DNA of 63,764 nucleotides, the filler included, from Chiloscyllium plagiosum (lineage: Eukaryota), in NCBI RefSeq assembly GCF_004010195.1. It is 8 parts of 8 records of this genome, joined end to end, with 100 filler letters (N's around TTAATTAATTAA, not from the genome) between each part and the next. Parts side by side here need not be neighbours in the genome. Positions count along the whole stretch, not along the records: positions 24,109 to 32,527 come from NW_025213644.1; positions 32,628 to 47,995 come from NW_025208844.1; 6 more parts are not named here. The stretch is one strand, 5' to 3'. This document shows positions 25,809 to 37,518 of this stretch, piece by piece; position 1 is the first letter of the stretch, and each line of letters opens with the position of its first letter. The notes below the pieces were generated by a model. The model ran no database searches. It was not told the DNA's origin and saw only the letters and a program-made list of their open reading frames with translations. Position numbers and translations under genes: made by a program.

Positions 25809-28599
25809 CTTTGTACACTCCAGTCCACGCTTTTCCAGCAACACATTTTCAGCTCTGTTCTCCAGCATCTGCAGTCCTCACTTTCTCCTCATTTTTAGCA
25901 AGGCAATCACACATTATCTTTCTTTATTCCAGGGAAGTATAGTGTTAAATTAATGAAATATGGTGATTGGGATGTTTCAATTGGAAATTGTCAGAGATTT
26001 AAAGTTTACTTTCATGAGCAATTAATTCCAGCCTCATTGTGTCACAGTACTCACAGGAATGTCTTTCAGAAATGGTGTCTCCCTTTGTTATGGGCAGTCG
26101 AATCAGTAAATCTGGGATAGTTTTTGCTTGTTAATCAAAGGTGTTAAAGAGTTTTAGCCAAAAGGCGACCTGTGGATTTAGCTCACAGATGCTCCATGAT
26201 CTAAGTAAATGGTGGAACAGTTCGAGGGGCTGAGTGCCCTCCTCTTGCTCCTACCTTCCTATCATTGTGTCATTCATTAAGCTAGCACTGGCCATGAATA
26301 CTTTTTCATTAAAATATTTCAACAAATTAATTGTTTCACACATGCTTTAAAAAATCTTCTGTTGATTATTTGGAACGGGATCATTGACATTCTCTATTTG
26401 AGTGATCAAAATAACTTCCACCCAATTACAGCAGCCACTGCACTCTGGAGTGTGTTGTTACTTCATAATAGTTTCTTGTGAAACTACAGCTCGAGATCAG
26501 GGCACTCAAATTCAATGATTCTCTGATATTTAATATCTCTGAACATTCGCAATTTGTTCAAATGCATCTTTTCTCTGAAGAACGTGTGAAATCGAACAGA
26601 ACGTTTTTCAATGAAACAACAAACTTTAAATGCTTGAAAACCAAAATAAAAGACAGAAATTTCTGAAGAAACTCAGCAGGTCTAGCAGCTCCTGTGGAGA
26701 GAAGGCAATGTTACCCTTTCGCACACAGAGACCCCCTCTTCACCAAATTGTTTTCATTTTTTTGGCACAAGAGCTCAACCTGTTGAGATAAACAGTGATT
26801 ACGTTGGCTTGACTCCTGTTGGAAAAAGAATTCTTAGCAGAGGTACTGGATAGTCTGAGATAGCAATTGAAGACCAACTGAAAAGCTATTGCCATCTGCT
26901 GCAAGTGTTGGATTCAGCGGAACTCCCAGCGTACTGAACAATCAAATTCAGCTACAGCACTGGTTTAATAAAAAGTAAAACTGCCTAAGCACAATCTCAT
27001 CAAATATGCTTTGAAAATGTTTCATTCTGGATTAGTTATAAATGATATTGTTAGAACAGCAAGTCAAAAGCTGGGATTTCTTTGAGCACTTACTCCATTA
27101 ACCCCATCTAGTGATGCCCAAAAGCTTGTGAACAAATATTGCTCTGAAAAAGCTGCTAACCACCAAAATTCTGTTTAATATCTAAGAGACACAAGTCAGG
27201 ATAGCGATTGAATAGATTTCACTGGCCTGTGTGAGTGGAACTCCAACAAACACCCAAACATTTCAATCTGCTTTCTTGCACTGAAGTAACCTGATAAGAG
27301 AGAGATGGTGTTACATATCTCTCTAAAAGGTTGTAAGTGAACACAGGCCACCTGCCACAGAATCAGGGACCCTACTACAGCTTCACAACAGACATGAACA
27401 CAATGAGCTCGGCACTATCACGGAGAACACAGCCCACCTCTTTTGACAGTACATAAACCATGTTAGTTATTAACACCTTCCAACAACCAGGGATTGTTCC
27501 AGAATGTTTGTACAATGAAAGTAACATTTCAACATTTATCCAAGAATACTTTGACAGCAGCTCCAAATTGTTCAAACTCTATGGGAACTACAGAGGAATA
27601 AAACTAGGAATTGCATTGCCATCAAATCACGGTCACTGGATTTCACCCGAGAACTCCCTTCCTTTTTCCCCTGTGAATGTTGATGCACCAGACGGTCTAC
27701 TTAGTTTGAAAAAGATTAAAATGTTTTGAAGTGTAATATGACCTTTGCCAGTGACATTAAAAGCTGATAAATGGTTTTCAAATAATAAGATGCAAAAAAA
27801 TTCTGATTCTACATTGTGCCACGAAACATGTCCTGCATAACTGAGGCACAAAGAAAATATACAGCATATTTCCCTCTACCTCGCTCAATCAAATATCTCT
27901 TGTTGCCAACAACCAATTTCAAAACTCTTGCTAACTGCCTTTTGTTCCTGAAATGTTTGTTCTGATTGGAACAACTTTGTGAGGGCTCTCAATTCTGAGG
28001 CAAAAATTGAATATTGTATTTCTGGCAGTTAAAAGTGGTTTTGAAGCGCGAGATGAAATTGAACTGTCTGAGATTCAGGTATCCGAACTGGACAATTTAC
28101 AAATGGTCAGGACCGTTGACAAGTTACTCAGAGATAGCACTGAAACAAACTGTACAACAGACTTAATCCTAGAGGATACATTGCGCAATTCCTCACGTCA
28201 AATATATTCACTGTAATTGAACATTCATCCGAGGAACTAACTAGTGGATAAATGTGAACGAGAATGTGTTCACAAGAACACAAATAAGCACTGAGCTAAT
28301 AAACTTAATAAGTCATTGTATTTAACAAAATTAATGAGGTTGGAAATATCGCCAATTAAAGCACAAATCCGGAGGAAATGGATAATTCTCTAAATTATTT
28401 TTACATATTCTTAAAACGGTCCGTGAACAGTGGAGATTTTGCATGCACTGCATAAAGTCAATACTGCATTCCAGTGTGGAAAGCATTTCTGTTGAAGGAA
28501 TTAGGGCAAGGTCATTTTCTTGTAAACTGCTTTTAATGAACGAAAATGTTTAAAAAGGTATGAATTGAAAACATGCTTCTGTCTGGAGTTGACCGCTTT

Positions 28600-28895
28600 A
28601 GCGGTTGTCTCAGTAAATGTGGGCACTGCTGCCTCACAGATCCAGGTACCCAGGCACGGTTCCAGCCTCGGGTGACTGCCTATGTGGAGTTTACACAATG
28701 TCCCCTGTGTCTGTGTGGATTTCCTCCCACAATCCAAAGATGTGCATGCTCATGTTATATCGTCCATCGTGTTAGGTGCATTAGTCAGGGCTAAATATAG
28801 GATAGGGGAATGGGTCTGGCTGGGTTCCTCTTCAGAGGGTCGGTGTGGACTTGTTGGGCCAAATGGCCCGATACATACTGCAGGAAATCTAATCG
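28600..28895 (+). mobile_element. Decayed HE1-like SINE
   Basis: GCACTGCTGCCTCACAG..GTGGAGTTT..GGACTTGTTGGGCC. Confidence 0.7.
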
Positions 28896-29134
28896 AAATG
28901 ATTGTCACACTAAACTAATGTGAGCAGATTCCTTCTGAACGCTACATTGCAATAAATCGGTCAAGTATATTATTAAAATAAATATTACTCTATTTTCAGT
29001 CTCTGAATAAACAATGTGCTCTGTTATCCTCCAGTTCATGTCTTCTGCAAATTTGTGAACTCTGCATCCGTCTGAACACATCGATGTAAAATGAATTCTC
29101 TGCGTTTGCAGCAAGTACTCCCATGGTTTTAAGA

Positions 29135-29482
29135 GTAGGGTTCCTACAATATGGAAACAGGCCATTTGGCCCAACAATTCCACACTGACCGTCTGAACAG
29201 TAAGTAGCCCACCCACACCCATTCCCCCTAATTTATATTTACTCCGACTAATGTACCCTAACCTTCAAATCACTGAACACTATGGCTGTGCTAAATTTCA
29301 CAATCACCTGACCTGCACAACTTTTGGACTGTGGTAGGAAATCAGAGCGCCCGAAGGAAACTCACGCAGACACAGGGAGAATGTGTAAACTCCACACAGG
29401 CAGTCACCCGAGGGTGGAATCGAATTTGGGACCCTGGCGTTGTGAGGCAGCAGTGCCAACCACTGAGCTACCATGCTGCCCT
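29135..29482 (-). mobile_element. HE1-like SINE
   Basis: Reverse complement of the SINE head (GGGCAGCATGGTAGCTCAGTGGTTGGCACTGCTGCCTCAC) and core. Confidence 0.85.
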
Positions 29483-30767
29483 GCGAGTTCATGGGTGGAT
29501 TATTTTAAGTAATTCGAAATTTGGCCTTGGTCACATAATTTACTATAGCAGTTGTTTCCTAAAGAATGACTCTTCAGTTGATATTTTGTTGTAAAATGTA
29601 ACTATTTATTTAAAATTCACAGATTGGTTTCACCTAAAGCACTGTGCAGATTAAATAATTCAGTTAATGTTTTATTTTTATCCTGCAAATCCAGTTTAAT
29701 CAGGGACATAACAATTAATTAACTCAAGTTACATGTGAAACTGATCAAAGCAGTGAAACTGACCTGTTCTTCAAAAACATTTGCGATTTGCCTTTCACTT
29801 AATAATAGGCTTTATGAAATTTCAACTCGCATGCTGATCGCATTGAATGAGGAACCTGGAGGGGTTCACTGTCACCAATCGTGTTAACATTGCAAAAACA
29901 ATGTAGAAACCAGAAACGGTTTCCCAAATATAAAACATTTAATGTTACCCAAGGACAGTCCCTACTCAACAGATCAACGATCACCAGATCACAACACGGT
30001 GTGTTTGCAGCAGAACTAGCTCTGCAAACAGTTTCAACAGAACCAAGAACATGATGTAACCTCACAAAAAAAAACAAATTGAAGTCTAACAAAACTGCTC
30101 AGAATCAAGCAAACTAATGATTAACTTGAATAGAAATAACAAGTCATAACAGCAAACATGTTTGTGGGGGGACTTAACACTTAAAGCTGTAACGTTTCTG
30201 GCAATATTTCAACTTATTTCCAACCTGCACACCCTTCTTGATCGTGACAATCCTGTGCAGCACACAGTAGAGCGGTTGAAGGCATATATTGATTAATCAT
30301 TTCATTACAAAACAAAATTACTGAATGCACAAATATTACCACATTATAATTTTAAATTAGTATCAATTACATAATCTGATCAATTCTGTCGTTTCAGATT
30401 TTAGTCCCAAATTTTATTTTGAATGAGGCTACTCAAAACAAAATTCAGTTAGTTTACAATTAGAACTGAGTTTTTTTTTTAAAAAAAAGTCGATGCATTA
30501 AAAACTCGTTTTTTTTTTGCATTTCTCACACTTCCGGGTGTCTGCCTTAAGTTGTTTTTCAGACCGTTACAAATGGATGTAACGTTTTCAATCAAGCAGA
30601 TAAAATGTGTCATCTAAGTTTAACAAATGCAGAAATGATTCATGAAAAACAAAAGAATTTCACAAATATTGGCAATGAAAAGGTATCCAGAGAGACAATC
30701 TCCTCACCAGAAAGAAAACACCAGTTACAGAAAGCATGAAAATGCTGATCAATTTCACAAACTGAAT

Positions 30768-31062
30768 AAGAATTCAATCAACTCAATTCAACAGAATCAA
30801 GGAAAAAAAAAGAATCCAATCAGCTTAAAACAACAGATTTGAATGAAACATAATCAGAATCCAACCAATTCAATGCAACAGAATTAAATAAAACAATTTC
30901 AAAAACCAATCAACACAATTCAACAAAAACAAGTAAAAACAAAGTCAGAATCTAATCAACACAGTTCAATCGAATCAACTAAAGCAAAGCCAAAATCCAA
31001 TCAAATCAATTCAACAGAATCAAGTAAAACAAACTCAGAATCTAATCAACAGAATGCAATAT
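30768..31062. repeat. Degenerate tandem repeat of about 45 bp (6-7 units) in the IgM JH-C intron
   Basis: Units resemble AGAATCCAATCAACACAATTCAACAGAATCAAGTAAAACAAA(G/C)TC, starting near 30768, 30811, 30856, 30901, 30947, 30992 and 31037. Confidence 0.8.
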
Positions 31063-31566
31063 AGCACCGCAAGAAAATTTTATGACAGTTTCTAACCTGC
31101 TTGTCATCAACAAAATTATCAAAATAAATGTGAAAATAGAGTCATGGTAAGAACATATATTAAATAAATGAATAATGATATTTTAGCATTTTTTAATCAT
31201 GTTTGGTAATATCTCGAACATCTTTGAATTCTTAGCGTTTGTTATTGATAATAAAACTCACAGTCAGGGTATCACTGACATTAAACATTATTTATAGCTG
31301 ACTGATTAAGAGACATTAGGTGTTTCAAGTAACCCAGCCACCCAGAATGCCTATCTGATCAAAAAAGAGATACACCGAACAACTGACTCCATCATCACCA
31401 TTGTAACTATTTGCTGAGTCTTAACTGAAGTCTATAATCAGTCTGAACAAAAATCAATCCGAACCAAACCAAACTCAGCACAGAATCTGAGTTTCAGTTA
31501 ATTCAGAAATTAGTCACATCAATAGAAAGTTTTTAAAAAGTCACTAAGAAAGTCCAAGGGTCTTAC

Positions 31567-31614
31567 CTGAAGTCACTGTCACCATGGTCCCTTGGCCCCA
31601 GTAATCAAGATCGT
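31567..31614 (-). CDS. IGHJ: Ig heavy-chain JH segment (DLDYWGQGTMVTVTS)
   Basis: WGQG motif, phase-1 GTAAGA donor, adjacent 23-RSS. Confidence 0.95.
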
Positions 31615-31653
31615 CACAGTGTTACATCCTCTGGACTCGGTCGCACAATAACT
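31615..31653 (-). promoter_or_regulatory. 23-RSS of JH
   Basis: On the plus strand: CACAGTG, 23 nt, ACAATAACT. Confidence 0.85.
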
Positions 31654-31980
31654 GGCTCTGCATAAAACAAATCAAAAATCTACCATCAATTTAAATTTTC
31701 AGAACCACAGGCTAAATAAAGTCACGATAAATCTTCATCACATAATTGCGCTAGTGAATTCTGATAATTCTTGATAAATTTTAATACTGTTTTATACTTC
31801 ACAGAGTAACACATGAGCTGATTCTCAAAATCCCCAACTGGTGTATCAATAATTACCCAACACTTTTACAAATTAAATAGTGATACTGGCAACAAACCCC
31901 ACAGAACTAATACTGCACTGCAACTTAAGACGTTTTGTAGAAGTAATCACTGACTAGTTTCAAACAATGGAGGCTGAATA

Positions 31981-32050
31981 GGTTTTTGTATTGATCATAA
32001 TTGCAGTGTCACCCCAGTTATATCACTTTGAGACAGTTGTGTCAAATACT
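31981..32050 (-). other. IgH D2 segment (ATATAACTGGGGTGA, 32009-32023) with a 12-RSS on the J side and a decayed 11-bp-spacer RSS on the V side
   Basis: GGTTTTTGT-12-TGCAGTG, D, CACTTTG-11-TCAAATACT; paralogous to 62751-62821. Confidence 0.85.
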
Positions 32051-32447
32051 ATGACAGACTGTAAACTGTAAAATGCAGATAATTTCTTCACTTCCTAGAA
32101 AGCAGTGATTCAGACTCCTCTAAAAATGATTTGATGCATTATTTCAGCTTTTACTATTCATCGTATTTTGATAGCTTGGAATACTTTTCCAGGTTTGGTC
32201 TGCATTTAACTTGATAATCAACACGAAGAAGGTAGGAAAAAATTATACATTTGTACAAACTAGCACTACTGGATTGCGTTTAAATTGCATCTCACATTAT
32301 TTCTCGCTCCTGCCATGGTAGAAATCACCAATTTGAGATAAACACTTGTCAGTGGTTATTGCATGAGGATGTCGCTGTGCACAACACTATTTAAAACTCG
32401 TACTGACCGTCAGTTTATGATGGAATTGAAAAAATGTTCCCTCGAGC

Positions 32448-32527
32448 TGTTATTGATTGGTCCAGCCCTGGTTCCTCTCGCTGTGGTATCTTGCACAGTA
32501 ATAGATGGTGGTGTCTTCGATCTTCAG
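32448..32527 (-). CDS. IGHV: 3' end of an IgM-type VH (LKIEDTTIYYCAR, 32486-32527) and its RSS; truncated by the contig end
   Basis: YYCAR followed by CACAGCG-22-TCAATAACA. Confidence 0.85.
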
Positions 32528-34949
32528 NNNNNNNNNNNNNNNNNNNNNNNNNNNNNNNNNNNNNNNNNNNNTTAATTAATTAANNNNNNNNNNNNNNNNN
32601 NNNNNNNNNNNNNNNNNNNNNNNNNNNTACACATCTTTACTCTTGATGTGAAATTAATGATTCGTGACACTATGAAAAGAGAGTGGTTTGCTCAGCCAGT
32701 CTGTACCATTGCCACAAAATGCCACAGTCACTCTGCATTTTATTCTGTCTTTTTCATTATTCCAAATAAACTTGAAATGGACGAGAGAGCAGAAAGGAAT
32801 AGAAGAAGCAAAGGTATTCAAAGAACAGAGGAAAGAAAGTCTTGGTCAATTAATAATTGCATTGCAAAAGCAAAAGGCAAATGTCTTCAATGACAATGAT
32901 ATCCAAGCGACAGGATAAGAAGTGCCCACTCATGAGATATTTAGTATAATCACAGCATAAGTATGTAATAATAATTGCTTCAGAAAAGTAAATGTGGACA
33001 TGAAGTTAACAGTGAGGTGGCCGACTTCAATTTTCAAATTACTCTGAAACTTTCGATGTAAATACAGATCCTATCTAATGTGCCATGCCAGAACAATACC
33101 CAGTGCTCCGTATATGATCTAACCAGGGTTTTGAAAAGCAGCAGCCAACCTGACTTTCAATTTTCTCTATCACAGCCACCACAACACGTTGAACGTCGAC
33201 TGATATAAATTAAGACATACTTGACTTGAAAATTGTCTTAAAATGGACATCAGATTTGAAATCAACTTCTTAAAATCATACATAGAGTTACACAGCATAG
33301 TAACGGACCTTTTGGCAAGCTTTTTCGTGCTAATCAGATGTCATATATTGATTGTGCTCCATTTGCCAGCATTTGATCAGTATCTCTCTAAACCCTTCCT
33401 ATTCATGTACCCATCCAAATAACTTTTAAATGTCATAATTGTACCCGCCTCCAAAACTTTCTCTGCCACCTAATTACTTCCATGCACCATCCACACACCT
33501 TTTTTATTGCGCTTTTATTATTTCACAAAACGTATCAGAGGCCAGACTGTAAGCCTAGATTTTGTCGGGTAAGGAAAATGCGTTTAATAAACACAAACTC
33601 TGCATATGCCCTGAAACTACGCGGAATCAAATTTAAAAACATAAGCAATATCCCCTTTCCATGTCCAGACCGTTGCAGTAGGATCATGAGTAATGCAATA
33701 CCGACTTGATCATGAGCCGTAAGTATTGCGAAGGGCGCATGTGCAATAAGGTTACTTGGTCTCTGTCAAATATGAAAGAAAGCAGAATGTGGGAGGATCA
33801 TTGGAGGTGGTTGCGCGAGCGTGGAGCTTTCATAAACACCGAGTGCACACCTCAAACCTCGAAAAAGACACTCATGGTCCTACACTGACAGTGAACTAAC
33901 CTGAAGATATTCTGCCACGTGTCTCAGCGACAAACCCCGACTAATGGTTGACATCTTTTTTGGTGGGACGCAATAGGCAACAGCGTGCGTGCACGCCAAT
34001 CCTGAGTTCAGAGAGGAAAGCCATGATTATATATGCAAAATGGACAGGGATGGAGTTTATAAAATCTTTTTGCAGGGGATTTACCCAAGGGGAATTTAAA
34101 GCAAGAGGAATAGTGAAGGAAGACTGGAAGTGCAAAGAAACTCAAGTCTGATAGAATCTTTGAAGGGAAATGCAGCGAGTCCAATAATGCAGAAGAGTGG
34201 CTGAACTTGAAATTTTAATCATAATTTACTCTCTACACATGCTGCTGTGCTAGCTATGTTATTCCTTCATTTCAGATCTCCAGCATTTGCAGTATTAAAC
34301 ATTTACTCAAGAGAAATATTTGGCACTTCTGCATTTCTATTCTGAACGGGTATTGAAGGCATTAATTACGTTTTATTTTTTCTGCAGTACATTTCAAGCA
34401 CGCAATTAATAGCTGAGAAGCTGAGCTCATCTGTCACATCAAGATACGACACAGAGTCGTGAAATTCATCATGTCTGAACATCATTTGTTTTGAAGTTGG
34501 AACACAAGTGTTCATTTATTCTGTCTGTCGGCAAAGGCTGCAACTAAGAATGAGAGCCACTGGGTGGAGAGCCAATTTCAATGGGTATGAATGGATTGGA
34601 GCCAGATAAATTGCAATCAAAATGATGGGTGAACATTGTATTGCTTTCAAGCAGAAATAGTTCTGACAAGATTAAGGTATGTCCCCATCAATGGTAGAGA
34701 CATTTGGTCGCAAAGCCAAAACTGTTTTAATGACAAAATAGAGAAAGAAATTGAGATTCCCAAGGAAAAGACACTTGTTGACAAACATGAAGTTGATAGT
34801 TCAATGATAACCAGGGCAAGTTTGGACTGTTCTGGGATAAAGGATTAAATAAATTTCAGAAGCAGAACGAAAGTTTCGAAAGATGGCAAAGCTAACTTGG
34901 CTGTGCAGCAAAGGCTGTTCAATAGGCATGTAACCAATAAATTTGCAAT

Positions 34950-35580
34950 TAAACGAAAATGCATTGAGTGTGGAGAAGACTTTAAAAGATCATCCAAACT
35001 GGACAGATTCAGTTTCACCCGCGCCAGGGACTGTGAAAAAGGTTTCAAATACCTGTCCGAGTTGGAAATGTATTGAAGCAGTCACACTGAGTAGAGGCCC
35101 TTCATTTGTTTGAAGTATGGAAAGGAATTCATTGGGCGTTCACATATACTGACACTGAGGAGAAAAGAGACCTTTTAAATATCCAAAATGCGAGAATTTC
35201 TATAAAAGTTCGAGTGAACTGAATCTTCACCAACGTGTTCATAATGACGAGAGGCAGTTCTTCTCATCTCACTACAGCACTAGATTTAAGTAATCATCTC
35301 AACTCGCTGTACATGAGCGAGTTCACACCACGCGACACCATTGTCCCGCCATGAGTGTGGGGAAATATTTATCACCTCATCCAAACGTTTGGCACACCAA
35401 TGATTCGCCTTGTGAATAGACCACATTCCTGTCTTGTGTGGGGGAAGGGTTTCACTAATTCATCTGAACTGCTGATGCTTCAGCGTCTTCACACTAGAAC
35501 AACGCCGTTCTTATGCCCTGAATGTGGGAAAGGATTCATTGCCGTTCAATCTGGTCATACAGCAACAAATTCACAAATGA
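34950..35580 (+). pseudogene. Decayed C2H2 zinc-finger array
   Basis: Fragments CIECGEDFK, HTE*RPFIC, SSQLAVHERVHT and GKGFTNSSELLMLQRLHTRTTPFLCPECGKGF, with stops and frameshifts. Confidence 0.8.
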
Positions 35581-35649
35581 TATCTCATTCATATCTTATA
35601 ACACATTGTTGTATGTCTTCACGTATACAACGAATCAAATATTTTGTAA

Positions 35650-35826
35650 TGCAAAGATGTGCAGGTCAGGTGAATTGGCCATGCGAAATTGCCCATAGTG
35701 TTCGGTGCGTTCGGGGTAAATGTAGGGGAATGGGTCTGGGTCGGTTACTCTTCGTGGGGCCGGTGTGGACTTGTTGGGCTGAAGAGCCTGTTTCTGTACT
35801 GTAGATAATCTAATCTAATCTAGTCT
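35650..35826 (+). mobile_element. HE1-like SINE, 3' half
   Basis: AAAGATGTGCAGGTCAGGTGAATTGGCCATGC.. through a (TAATC)n tail. Confidence 0.75.
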
Positions 35827-36487
35827 AAATACTTTGAAGAAGGTCTATTTTCGATTGGTCATTGAGAAGGTGATCACAGAGACATCCAAGGTGTCAGACC
35901 GACCCCGCAGTTTCCACTCGTGCAGACAACGGTTCCTAATGTTGTGGCTGAAGGGGTGTCACCAGGAAAGAGCTTTCCACTTATCTGCTGTGATTTGATT
36001 TATTTTTGTTGGGGACATCGATGACCTGGTGGTATATTTTAATGGTAGTTTGATAGAGTTTTCGGGGGACATGAGGAACAATACATTAACCAAATGACTT
36101 GCGAAAGTTCAATTCACTGCCTTTCAGGGTGGTGGAGGAGAAACTCAAAAGATATATAACAAGAATTTAGAAGGTCACTTACAATGTCAATAAATGTCTT
36201 CAATATCAGTGATCCTGACAATAATTCAATTTGTTTTAGCTTCCTTTACATAGTCCTACAATGCACACATGTCTTCCCGAAACTATAAGCGTTCTGGGAT
36301 TGGAAACCACCGTAGTTTAAGATTCGCATTTTTGTTTAGCTCCATGATTATAACAAATCCTGTCGAAGTAATCTCTGCAGAAACACAAACTTCTAAAATA
36401 TCTGCACTCATCTCATTCAGGTCTGTTATGTATTCTTGATGTAAATTGCTTCATGACTGGGGGCCATTCTTTTCAGTTGCACATGAC

Positions 36488-36825
36488 AGAAGTTCTGGAA
36501 TTACCTCCTTAAAGTGCTCCCCCTCAATGCATCCCTTTCCTCCTTAAATACAGCGAATTCCTCCGGGACCAACATATCTGTCACCTGTTCTGGTATCACC
36601 GAGGCAAAAAAAACAAAACATTCCCGTCCTGGATACCTGAAATAAAAACCGAAAGAAGTTCTGGAATTACCTCCTTAAAGTGTTCCCCCTCAGTGCATCC
36701 CTTTCCTCCTTAAATACACCCCTGAGAGAATTCCTCCGGGACCAACATATCTGTCACCTGTTCTGGTATCACCGAGGCAAAAAAAACAAAACATTCCCGT
36801 CCTGGATACCTGAAATAAAAACCGA
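36488..36825. repeat. Recent tandem duplication of about 165 bp (36488-36652 and 36654-36825)
   Basis: Two near-identical copies of AGAAGTTCTGGAATTACC...GAAATAAAAACCGA. Confidence 0.9.
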
Positions 36826-36899
36826 CATTGCTGCAGAAACTCGGCGTGCCTGGTAGTATCTGTGGAAGAGAAACGTTTCTAATTGAGAAAGACAGTTCT

Positions 36900-37260
36900 C
36901 CAGAACTGAAGAGACGTGGAAAATTGGTGGAATTTAGATTGTACTCAATGTTATACAATCAATGCCTCCCTCGTGTGGACTTGCTGATGTTTCAGCAGGG
37001 TGGAATGACTGAATGAATCTCTTCCACACTTCTGGCAGGTCAGTAGAGTTGGCTGAGTTTGATGCCACCAAAGTATTTTCTGCACAGAACGGGAAATGAA
37101 TCCTTTGTTATATACTGCATCGTTTCTCTGCTTTCGGAATCCAATTTGAAATAGAACATCCTTTATTATCCGTTCTGCTGAATCAGACATTTGAATTAAG
37201 CTTTGTCCACACAAGCAAGACAAGTACAGTTTCTCTTCACTGTGAACGGGGCTTTTTCCT
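36900..37260 (-). pseudogene. Second decayed C2H2 zinc-finger array, convergent with the first
   Basis: Minus-strand fragments HSEEKLYLSCLCGQSL and TCQKCG...STLLKHQQVHTRE (ORF 36951-37223). Confidence 0.65.
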
Positions 37261-37292
37261 CACATCTTCCAAAACCGACAATGTTTAAATAA

Positions 37293-37518
37293 TGAGGTTA
37301 AAAACAATGACTGCAGATGCTGGAAACCAGATTCTGGATTAGTGGTGCTGGAAGGGCACAGCAGTTCAGGCAACATCCAAGGTGCTTCAAAATCGACGTT
37401 TTGGGCAAAAGCTCTTCATCAGGAATATTCCTCATGAAGGGAATTTGCCCGAAACGTCGATTTCGAAGCTCCTTGGATGCTGCCTGAACTGCAGTGCTCT
37501 TCCAGCACCACTAATCCA
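37293..37518. repeat. Palindromic Penelope-derived hairpin repeat; related pieces at about 22850-23010, 45995-46080 and 56100-56190
   Basis: GGATTAGTGGTGCTGGAAG..CAGTTCAGGCA.CATCCAAGG ... CCTTGGATGCTGCCTGAACTG..CTTCCAGCACCACTAATCC. Confidence 0.7.
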
